From NCBI GenBank assembly GCA_044892525.1, contig CM097885.1, positions 218,302,001-218,366,000 on the forward strand: DNA of 64,000 nt, written 5' to 3'. Every line of letters begins with the position of its first letter. Positions within the stretch are counted from its first letter, which is position 1. Position numbers and translations under genes: made by a program. Origin of the DNA: Schmidtea polychroa (lineage: Eukaryota). A model generated the notes under the pieces. That model ran no database searches, had not been told where the DNA came from, and saw nothing but the letters and a program-made list of their open reading frames with translations. Shown here piece by piece: positions 11,240-22,800 of the stretch.

Positions 11240-12150
11240 TAGCATTCAAGGCATTTCACTGTGGTATTTGAGTAACCTATGAGTCATTAAGGACAAAAGT
11301 CGCTTGGGCCTCCACGCGCAAAGATGTCAATTTGTGGTGCAAATCCTGCTCTAATTGTCAAAAAAATAAATACACGTCCACCAATCATCAGATACCCAAC
11401 CGGTAGTCGCTTCGATGCTATTTATATCTATATAGCAGGGCCGTTACCACCATCAAGAGGGTAATCCTACATTTTAACAATGAGTAATGATCGGAATACG
11501 AGATGGCCAAAGGTTTCCCCAATGCGCCCAACCAATACTGAGGAAATCGCGGAACTTTTTATAAATAACTGTGTCTTCCGCTTTGGCGCCCCAAAGTTCC
11601 TCATAACTGATCAGGGAGACATTTTGAGTCTCACATATTCAATTCATTCAGGGATCTCAAAGACTATGTTCTACAATTTTCCATTCGCAAACAAATGGAT
11701 TGATAGAAAGATTCCATAGGACATTAAAAAACTCGGTAAACACACTGTCAATAAATCATGATTGGTCCCTTGCGCTGCTATTCATACTACTGGGATAGAG
11801 AAATATATCTAACATTCAATACAATGCATCTTCTGCACAACTTCTATTCGGGTCTAACTATTTAATGATCTATTTTAAACAGACGTAGAACCAAACGACG
11901 AAAATCTGAAAACAGCAACGAAGTATTTCACAAACCTAAACACTCGAACAAAATCTCAAGGCGGGTTACAAGTGCATATTCCAACGGGCCTTCACAATGC
12001 AAAATACGTCTGGCTATAGAGATAATGGCAAACTTCCTTACAATAACGCTATATCGGTCCCCTAAAGGTTTTCACTCAAACCTCGCTACCCCGTCGACGA
12101 AATATAAATGCTTCGAGATCCCCAGTTTCATTTTAGCGCTCCGCTCTCTC
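11240..12150 (+). pseudogene. Gypsy integrase remnant
   Basis: Zn-finger KDVNLWCKSCSNCQKNK, and rve core DRNTRWPKVSP...AELFINNCVFRFGAPKFLITDQG. Confidence 0.85.
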
Positions 12151-12160
12151 TTAAAAGGCC

Positions 12161-12378
12161 TGTATTTAATGACACCTCAACAAAATTTAATTAACCATAA
12201 TTATATATATTTAGAAAATGTGCATAAGACATAAAGTGTCCTAATCCTGTTGTTTAAAATTGAAAAAACAATATTGTAATTAATTGTAATTAGTTATCAA
12301 AGTAATCAACAAATAACATATTAGATTGTTAAATTAGTTGCTAATTGTAGATCATATTATATTATATTCATATCTACA
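12161..12378 (+). repeat. 3' LTR
   Basis: Begins TGTA after a weak purine tract AAAAGGCC, ends ATATCTACA; roughly 80% similar by eye to the 5' LTR. Confidence 0.75.
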
Positions 12379-12499
12379 ATATAAGGGTATAGTACTCATC
12401 ATTTTATTTATTACTGTACTCACCCAATAATTATCAAAATTTATTTTATGTTCAATAATATTATATAAACCAATAAATTAACTGTTTTGAGTTTAAATA

Positions 12500-13560
12500 C
12501 AGACATGAGAAGAAGTTTCATCTAAGTAAGCGGCACTGCCTCCATTACACATGACGCTAAGTTAATAGAAGTTTTTACACTTTCAGAGAAATTCTCACTT
12601 CCTTAAAACGTATAATTACGTAAAGTCATCAACTTTGAATAACCACTTTTATTTAAAAATGTAAAACATTTAACAATTTCTTTATCGACTTTACCAAATG
12701 TTGAAGATAACACCAAGACCAAAATATTAAACCTTTTATCATATTACAGTTATATTTCTTGGGATATTAAAATGTTTGTCGATGGGACTAAATTTTGATT
12801 CGACTACTCATGTTCAGAAACCAAAGAAATAGAACTCAGATCCCAATAAAATATTTATTTTCAAATTGTACAAACTATTTTCCATTAATTTTACAACAAC
12901 GGGTGTCACCCTATAAGTCAAAGAACAAAGGGTCGTTTGTTTCCTTTGATTAATTCTGCTTAATTAAACTGCTTTGTACTTCGCTTAAATTTTACTAAGT
13001 TTATACATTTTGCTTCAACCAACTGGCGCTTTCTGTTTCATTAATATTTCTCTCATCCGGCTGAAGAATTCGCTGTCAATTCTCCAAATTCCCGACATCC
13101 CATTCATTTGACAATTAACTGGGTAAAATGAATAATTTATTGCCTTCTATTAATTCCCAACAACCCATTGATTTGACAATCAGTTGTTTATTCATTGATT
13201 AATTACTTTTTGTTGGAACTTAATTAATTTGTTTTTGGGCCCTGACCCTTCCATAGACCTCTGATCAATTTGTTATTTTATTCGTCTTCAGAATTTCATT
13301 TTCCAGCATTTACAACTTCAACCCACCCCGGAAAAATATTGATTTTTACTTTTTCCAAATTTTTAATTAATTTTAATTGATTTTCAAAATTTCTATTTCT
13401 ATAACCCCAACATATTTCAAAACACAAACAATAGTATATAATCAAATTATGTGAAATATTTTCATAAATTTCCATTTCAAAACCCTTTAAAGTTCTATCA
13501 ACAAACAAATCCAAAAAAGGAAAGATATTTTGCTTCATCTCTAACTGAATTTTATATGAA
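12500..13560 (-). mobile_element. Penelope-like element relic (RT C-terminal region and 3' end)
   Basis: EMKQNIFPFLDLFVDRTLKGFEMEIYEN...IC...FENQLKLIK...NIFPGW resembles the PLE RT LPFLD..R....F.T.IYRK / NGYP region. Weak GIY-YIG-like text at ~12780-12900. GAGGCAGTGCCG (hammerhead stem II of the hairpin family) at 12531-12542. Confidence 0.55.
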
Positions 13561-14933
13561 AACGGTTTACAATATTCTGATTATATTTAATTTACTCATA
13601 ATCGTCAGTAGGCAAACCATAAATTGAAAATGTTCATAAATATTCTTAAAATCTGATACAAAAATGATAAAAAGTTGTACCGAATGTTTTAATAATATTA
13701 AGGAGACATTTTTAAATATTTTTGAATTAATATAAAAAATATTAATTTATTAAATAAAAATTAAAAACATTTTTTAAAATGTATTTTTAATAACAATCAG
13801 AAATATCTATATTTATATAATGCTATAGATTTAGAGGTTTTATTAGAAATCCATTTGTGCTACATCTGAATTGTATGGGAGGGGGGTGATAAATAAACCG
13901 GTACCTTTCTTAATAGCTTCGAGAAAAATTTCACCATGTATACCAAAAGTAATATAGAAGAATTTGAAGATTAATGTTTTTCATTTATTTTGATTAAGAT
14001 TATGTATAAACTTTCCAGCATTGCCTTTTTCTGAAACTCTGAAAAAGAGTGTTCCAAAAACTTTTTTTACGTATGGAAAAATTCATTTACAGTTATAATC
14101 AAAATAAATGGAAAAAAATCATTTTTAAATTCGAATCTAAACAGAGAAATTTCTTTAAGAAGTTAATAAAGGCATCGGTTTATTTGCCAGTGGATGACTC
14201 CAAAACCCGAATTTATAATAAAAATTTGATTATCTCAAATAAAATATTTAACATTCCCAGATAAGAGAATTAATTACACAAAAATTAATGATCATGGATA
14301 TAAATGCATAAAAACACGAGATGTGTCATAAGGCAAGATCAATGTACTTAAATTAATTTATAAATTGTTGAAAATTAAATTAAATTAATTAATGAAATAA
14401 ATGTAATAAATTAATTAAACATTGTTTAAAACATGACAATATTTTCATTTTAAAAAATCTTCCAGGAAACAAGAACAGAAAGTTTCTAGATTAATTCCAG
14501 ATATTTATTCTAATACAACATTCGTAAAAACCTTTCACATAATCAATATTTGTAAAAAAATATGATCAAGATTTTTACTAGTTTTCCGAGAAAATAAGCA
14601 GAAAAATTAAGATTTTATAACCGTTTTGTGTCAATCCTCGCAATTGTTGCCAAATTGACCATGGAAACATTAAATGCATAGAAAATAAAGTCTATGGCAA
14701 TAAAACCTTCCAATTGATTAATATGGAAACAAAATTTGGCAGCTTATTATAAANNNNNNNNNNNNNNNNNNNNNNNNNNNNNNNNNNNNNNNNNNNNNNN
14801 NNNNNNNNNNNNNNNNNNNNNNNNNNNNNNNNNNNNNNNNNNNNNNNNNNNNNNNNNNNNNNNNNNNNNNNNNNNNNNNNNNNNNNNNNNNNNNNNNNNN
14901 NNNNNNNNNNNNNNNNNNNNNNNNNNNNNNNNN

Positions 14934-15436
14934 CGTGGCACGATTTAAAAAAAATAATTTAAAAAATACAAAAATTTAATTAAAAAAAGTACATGTAATT
15001 TATATATCACTTATGATAAAGCATGTCGATAGACTATATTTTTGGTTTTTCCTTCTGGTGCAAAAATGAAAAGATTTCTTGGTGACTAAACTCTAGAACA
15101 TGCCACATATAGCTGTCCATGGGCAAAGCATGCTTCCTCAAGTACAATGCCTGCCACTTTTAAAGACTGTGCCTGTGCCTTTTTGATAAACATGGCAAAC
15201 GCAAGCCTGATTGGAAATTGGAGGCGCTTGAAATCAAAAGGCATATCTGTTGGTATGTGTGGAATTCTTGGAAAGAAGACATCTTCTCCTTTGAAGCAGC
15301 CTTCCAAAATTGTGGCTTCTATTACACGAGGTAAGAGATTCTTGATGCTCAATCATGTTCCATTGTGTAGTCTAGGGGGATTCAAATTTCTCAGAAGTAT
15401 AATAGAAGCTCCAATTTTAAGTTCCAAATTGGCATG
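14934..15436 (-). mobile_element. Helitron 3' fragment: PIF1-type helicase C-terminus pseudogene
   Basis: VIEATILEGCFKGEDVFFPRIPHIPTDMPFDFKRLQFPIRLAFAM..KAQAQSLKVAG...FAHGQLYVACSRV...GKTKNIVY. Start of a CGTGCCACG 3' hairpin is cut by the N-gap. Confidence 0.9.
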
Positions 15437-16289
15437 ATTCGACTATTAACTCAAAATTATTATTTCCTACTTCAAGTACTCGGCAATTTCACAAAAAACT
15501 TACAAAAAAACATAAAATTTAAAACAAAATAAATTCAGTTTTAATCAAAATTTCAAAACATCAAAACTCAACTTCATTCAGAATTGCCAAATGCCTACAA
15601 AAATATTGCCGGATTTGGGTTTTTTTACCTTCAATGATAGCTATATTTTAGAGAATAAACATAAAAAATTGTGTTTGGACAATTGTAAAACAGATCAAGT
15701 AAATTTAAGTTTTGGATATATAATTTGTTTAGTGATACTTTGTATGGATTGTAAAATCTAAAAAAAATATTCAGAAGAGAATAATTTAATTCATCCTTCT
15801 TAACATCAATAAAACAGATTAATTTAATTTATTCTATTAGCATCACTAAAAAGGCTGAAAGGTATTAGATAGGCTAATAAATAAACTTGTTTACTACTTC
15901 AAGTTTGGTTAGGTTAGGTTATTGATTGTAGAATATTAAAAATCTTTCCAAAGAGATTAATTTCACTTATTCTTCTTAACAAAAATAAATAGTTTTATTT
16001 AATTCACACTTCATAGCATAAATAAACAGAATAATTTAATTCATTCTTAAAGCATAAATAAATTGTATTTTGAAATAAAAGCTTAATTACCTTTTTTGTC
16101 TTTATTTTTTTGGAGAATCAACTTGTGTTCTTGTTTAGAAATGTAAAAATCAGGAAAATTAACTTTTGGCGAAATTTGGTTAAACGATTTTTCTATTTAA
16201 ATGTAAAACTTAAAACGACACCGAGCCGGTAAAAAATGGGTCAAATAAAAAATTGAAATAATCCTATTTTATAAACCTAACATGATCTG

Positions 16290-16526
16290 CAACTTTTATT
16301 TGTAACATTGTTGCCAATTTCACATCCTTGGGGTATCTACTGTAGTAAATCAAGGTGACCCTGAGTAGGGTTAGGGTACTCTTGTGGTGGTCACTTGGGT
16401 TGAAACATAGTCTATGACCTGTACCAAGTCAAACTAGGGTCACGTGCAAAATTTCAGCACCCTAGGTCCAACGGTTGGAAACTCTATGGGTAACAAACAA
16501 ACAAACAAACAAACTTTCGTCTTTAT
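16290..16526 (+). mobile_element. Non-autonomous Helitron/Helentron (DINE-1/Lep1-like) 3' part
   Basis: AAAATTTCAGCACCCTAGGTCCAACGGTT followed by (AAAC)n and ACTTTCGTCTTTATA, the typical architecture of these elements. Confidence 0.6.
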
Positions 16527-16675
16527 ATTTTCGGCACTGCCTTTTCAAGTGAATTTTCGTTAAAAATTCGTGAAAATTTGTGAGTATCAAAAAACATCGA
16601 TATATTACTGGTTTATAGTCTTCAAGCTCTCCTTTTAATAAATTCAATGGAAAAAGTAATCAGTGGTGAAACTGG
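16527..16675 (+). mobile_element. Hammerhead hairpin element, partial rearranged copy
   Basis: TTTTCGGCACTGCCTTTTCAAGTGAA...GTGAGTATCAAAAAACATCGATATATTACTG...CAGTGGTGAAA, running into an N-gap. Confidence 0.75.
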
Positions 16676-16883
16676 NNNNNNNNNNNNNNNNNNNNNNNNN
16701 NNNNNNNNNNNNNNNNNNNNNNNNNNNNNNNNNNNNNNNNNNNNNNNNNNNNNNNNNNNNNNNNNNNNNNNNNNNNNNNNNNNNNNNNNNNNNNNNNNNN
16801 NNNNNNNNNNNNNNNNNNNNNNNNNNNNNNNNNNNNNNNNNNNNNNNNNNTTCAAAGTGTCACTAATTAAAAGAGTTGAATAC

Positions 16884-19800
16884 CTGACAATTGAATCGCG
16901 TACTGGAAATAGTACTAATATCATCCTTTTCTAAAGTGTCTTCAGTATCAATAGTTTTTTCATTGGCTTCATTTTCAATGACATACGTACCAGCTTCACT
17001 GATTGCATCATTGAAATCCTGAAATTGATAGAATATATCACAAATGATTACCTGCATATTCGTGTACTTTTATATAGACAGACAGAGATTTTTGAGTTAT
17101 TAAATTTATTTATCATTTCAATTTTTTCATCTAATTTACAATATAAAACGCAATCATGAGACAAATAGGTCATCTTAACATAAATGAGATTCTCAGAAAA
17201 ATTGTCCTATGTAAAATACAAGTCTAGGTTATATTCCTTCCAGAAATTACATAAAACCAAAGAAATTGACATGAAAAGAATATAAGAGAAATGTTTTATG
17301 TTGCATTGGAAATACATAAATCGAAAAAAATCTTTCATTAGTAAGAACTGTATATATTTTTTCTTTTTCAATTAATTTTTTGACTGATATTTTAATTATA
17401 TATCAAATTAGTTTTTTGCCTCCATGGCAAAATAGCATCCCTAAGCACTTGTTGATTGGAAAACAAACAGCGATATAGACTTGTACTTCAACTAATACGT
17501 TATGTAAAGAAACTGATCGAGTTGATGATCTTCAGCGCTCAGAAAGAACTATACAAATTCTAAATCTGAGTTGAAGACACCGTTGATCAGTAATGCTCAT
17601 GAACATAGCAGCCTTTAAATTTTTAGCAATACAAGTAATTGTGAAGCAAATTTCCCATCTGAAGTTTTATTGTACCCATTGGGTTAATGAGTTCATTATT
17701 AAACAAGTGATACAAGATGAACATTTACCCCCTAATTTCCCAGTATTGTTTAAAATCAATCTCAAAATCTTAGTTACTTTCATATTATATTCCAAGATAA
17801 ACAAAAAGATGTTCGATACTTTTAGCTGCTAAAAGATCACATTTGTTGTAAATAACTCTTCAGAAGAAAGGTGCAACATTCTGAATGAAAACTAATTCAA
17901 GAGTTTGTAGTAATCGATAATTATATATTTCATCTTGTTTGGCCGGTCTGTTGTTTTTATAATGAGCTGTTAAAATTTTAAATCATGCGTGACTTTATAG
18001 ATACATTGAAAGGTAAATACAAAATCACTATTGGGTAGTATACAGAATCTGTATAACAAGTCCATTTGTAAACTCATGCCACATCCTTTTCATCCTTCAA
18101 TAAAATAGTCATAGAATTAAAACTGTAGAACATGTCAAGCCTTCCATATGAATTGTTAATAGTTCATTTTTTTCTTTAACAAATCTTTTAACAAATGTTT
18201 CAATGATACTTTGATTACTCCCTAATACAGCTTGTATAGCCAGTGATACAAAACCTCAGCTTACTTTGGAATTTAAAAGCTTGTTCAGACTTTCTTTTGA
18301 ATGAATTCTCGAATTAAATTTCGTGTAACTGACAAATGGTGTTTTGCATTATAATTTTCAGGGTATTTGATTAATGTTATACCTATAAGATCATCATCGT
18401 CGCTGAGAACAAAAGTGAAATGAAGCGATATCTAAAGAAATATAAAAAGTCTAAGTTTAAGCAAACGATAAAAAATATAATTTTGCTTGAAGTATTTTGG
18501 TTAAGAAATGTAAAAGTGAATTTTTTATTTATATTTCTAGTAAAATATTTCTGTCTAGATTTATGTAATATAAAAATATTCAACAGAAAAGATAATATTT
18601 CAGCCAAATGAGTAAAACTGAAAAATTAATCACCAAAAACTGATCAAATTCAGAACTGTCTACTTACAAATAGAAATGGTGATTCATAGTGAATTTGGGT
18701 TATTTATTATTTTCTCTCAATTTCCCGTCAAGAAATGATTTCCGATTAGCTTGTAATTTTTACGCTCATAAACGATATTCGCTAACAAGTAGAAAAAATA
18801 TTCAATTAAAATATTTCAGAAAATGACATCAGGAAATTTGTAGTCGAGATTATCTATCAGTATGTCCTAATATTTTGAAATTTTATATTATACGAGATTT
18901 TTTCTATATCTTGCTTCTTCCGAGATAGATTCAAACTCATTATATTATTACAAATATATTTCAGTACTTGGCTTTATACAACATTTAAGTCTCTTCTTGA
19001 TCATCGGCGATGATGATCAATGTCGATGGATCCTCTGCCCTGGGCATTCCCAATATAGCAGCACATACGAGAAGCACTCGTCTGAGCAATTAGAGCATGT
19101 TACTTTGAGCGACAAAAAGTTAAAAGTTGAAAATAGCACAATTGACCTCGAAATGGCAGCCAACGATGACATGTGAAAATTAGACTGTTTGACTCGAGTT
19201 TCCCCAAACCGGGATTTTCAAAGATTTTACAATCCCGAACCCCAAGGAATTTTTAATTTAAATTCGGGAATTAGTTATTTATCTAATACAGTAGAATAGA
19301 ATTTATATTCCTTAATTTTGAAAAAAAAAATTTCCTATAGCAAGTAAATTAGTTACTATAAAATCAATTACAAATTAAAAATACTAATAAATTAAAAAAC
19401 AGAAATATGGAAAGTTCAAGAAAAAAATTTGAAAGATAAAAACATAAATTTGGAAATCTAAATTATAATATATTTCAAACATATTAGAAAATTCTACAGT
19501 GTGTATTTATTTGTTTTACTGTGTAGCTTAGCTGTGCTAATTACAAATTTTAATTATTCAATTTTTATATTTTATATTTTTATATTCTATTTTCCATTAG
19601 TTTTTTTGCAGTTTACAATTCCTAAAATTATTATTTTTGAGGAAATAAGCTCAAAGCGCAAACCTGATGTATGGAAACATTCTGTTTAATAAATCACAAG
19701 AAACAGCAAAATGTAATATTTTATCATCAATCCTGAAGGCTTTGGGTTCAAGTACAAAAAGTTTGATAAGCCACATGAAGATAAAACATCAAATTGAAGT

Positions 19801-22800
19801 ATTGACATGTTCTAAATTTGGTGACGACAACGAGCCAAAATTGAAATCTCAAAAAGTTGATGACTATTTCACAAAGAATGTAGAATCTGTTGAAGATGTT
19901 CTAGCGAAATTAGTTGCTATAAATTTCATCAGCTTGCCAATTGTTCGTTGATAAAATGAGCTTATAAAGCATATTATGTGCTCTTTCCTAGTAGTCCTAG
20001 CCAAACAACGAAGTGAATTTATCACTTTAAAATGAAAATGTCAATATTATGATCTCGTATTTTAAAATAGAATTTGTTAAAAAATATCTAAACTTGAAAA
20101 CTAAACATAACAAATGGGAAATCGATATGTTTTCATGTACAAAATAGTATTTGAATGAAAATTAATTGAGGGTATTGGTTATTAAAGATTTGGTTGTTGG
20201 TCATCATTTTTAACAGTTTAAAACATTTTTCATTTGAATAATATTTCAGATCACGAATGGATATTACACATATTCAATATAAAATGCAAAACTTTGCAGT
20301 ATCTTGGAATTAAAGCACAAGAAGAATTTGTTGACTTGTCCACTGAAAATCCATATTTTCAAATTGCACAATTGATAATTTTGGGACATTAATTACAAAA
20401 GAATACCATTGATAATTTATTAAATATCAACAAATTTTGATACAAAGTTCTCGATTACACTCGATTATTATGCAGTCTTTAATAAAAATAGAAAGCAGGT
20501 GATCCTAAGAGAGACCGCTTTTATCATATTTAGGTATGATTTTTCTACTCTTTCCAATTTTACTTAACACTTCCAAGCTCTTTTATTTTTAACCGTTAAT
20601 CTTTTATATAAATAATATTTTTATTAAAATTAAAATTTCGTATTTATTTGTGATTAACGTGTGAAAACGGTAAGAATTGTTAATTAAATATTATTTTGAA
20701 GCTATTCCGAAAGGTTTTCAATTACAAATAACTTGGGGAATTTTTTATGTGATTGCAGTCATAATAAGCAAATATGTCCCTTAATATGTCTATTATAAAT
20801 ATATTAGATTACTATATAATTGTAGTGAATTTTAAATTTATGCAACTTTTGTTTTATATTAATATTATAACCTGGAATACCATAAATAAATAGATGTTGA
20901 TGTATATGTGATTAAAATTAAATAAAACCACGATACTCTGTGTCGGGCATATGCGTTAAAAAAACTAACCTTTACATTTTTCCTTCATCTTTATTTTAGA
21001 TAATAGACAATAGATAATATATATGTTTTGTGTTATATTTAGCATGTCAAAAATAAAACAAAATAGAGATCGATAGTTAAAAAAGAAAAAAGATAAAGGA
21101 AATTGAAAAAATCAATGGTAAAGTAAAAAAGAGTTTGCAATTTTTATTTTGAAAATATAACTTATAATATTTTATTTTATATTTTTCGCAAAGATCCCAA
21201 AAATCTATAACAAATTGTATTTGACACACGTCACAATCAATTTATTAATAAAAATAACTCGATATAAACCTAAATGTCATTATATATAACTATCTAAACA
21301 ATAAAACTTGTGATTTATGAAAACATTACAAAGACCTAATAACGTTCAATGATAATCTTGCGTAAAAATTCTATTAACAATGTTCAAAAGTCATTAAATC
21401 CTAATGACGTTACGTAATGTTTATGTGATTATTTTTGTTACTTTTACAATGATTCATGACTTATTCATTATTTATACAATCATCAGTCATGATTTATCAA
21501 ATATTACAATAATACATTTCATATTGGAAACTTTCAAATATTTATTTATATTTATTATTCTATGAAATGCAGACAATTGCGTAACTTTACAATTCAAATA
21601 AAATGAAGGTTGACTGTTCACACTTCAGTTTACTGAAAATTTTTATATTTTTATATAAAAATGAAAATTATAAAAATCGTCTATTTTTATGGATATTCTT
21701 CAAAAATTAATTTCAATAATTTTGATTTTATTTGTATAATACGGTAAGAATTTAGATAAGTGATTCTTGATGAGCGATGAATTTTTCGTTGAGAAAATTT
21801 AATATTGCTATTTCATTAAAAAAACAGATTTATTTTTTAATGCTGAATACATGAATGTAAAAAAGGTTCAGAAATAATTTTGAAATTTTAAAAATAGAAA
21901 TATGAGTTCCCAAGATATACCAATAAGTGACTGTCATTATGTGTCATAAGAATAAAACCAATCTGCCAAAGTTTCCAATTGTCTCATTTAATAAAACAAC
22001 TCGACGAATTTCTCTATGATAATACTTACATCATCAATAATTGTTTACGTACATGCTTTATTTTAATTTAATATAGTATTTAATTATTTACTGTCATCCA
22101 CACAATTGATTAACCTCTTAAGTGGTTTATTTCGTCAAGCGAAATGCGCTCCTCAGCGGCGAATTTTGTTATCCGCTAGCGTATATATACGTCTTGGGCA
22201 TAGTGTTACAAAAAATAAAATAATATCTTATTGGATGATATTTATTAACCCTTTGAGGACGACGGGCTCAAACTTTTTTATTCCCTCAAAGGTGCAATTT
22301 TGCCATAAAAAATGAATTTTTCCTAAATTGACGTATCATTAAAAATATGGCTATTTTGACAACTATTACAAGCTGTAGAATATATTGGTGCAAACTAGAA
22401 GTTTTTTGCATTTAGTGGACTAGAGTCGAATTTCGCCCTCGAGACCAAAATAAAGGTGTGCGACTGTAGTCGCACGGCGCCTTCAAAGGGTTAAGATAAT
22501 GTGTTAACAAAAGTAATATTTATGATATATATTTATTCGTCTTATGCGTTTTGTAATGCATATGTTGATGACGTATATATCCATCATAGCCACTTAAGAG
22601 GTTAAAAATTACCTGCTTCTAGCGAATAAAATCTAAAATTAAAATATTTTTATTTTAGATTTATTCGCTAGAAGCAGTAATTTTAGCCACTTAAGAGGTT
22701 AAAAATTACCTGCTTCTAGCGAATAAAATCTAAAATAAAATATTTTTATTTTAAATCAAGCATTGAATACATTTTTTTAATATATTACAATTGCTAATTT

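Larger units (their letters stand above)
7950..12378 (+). mobile_element. Decayed Gypsy LTR retrotransposon carrying a captured GRP94 sequence
   Basis: Two homologous ~200-220 bp direct repeats, both TGTA...ATATCTACA; a PBS follows the first; gag and integrase remnants precede the second. No target-site duplication is recognisable. Confidence 0.75.

Noticed and set aside
16360-16380. Telomeric TTAGGG seed
   Set aside because: Only about two units, inside a non-autonomous Helitron-like element.
18995-19180. GC-richer island that could be a coding exon
   Set aside because: No frame gave a recognisable motif; left unassigned.
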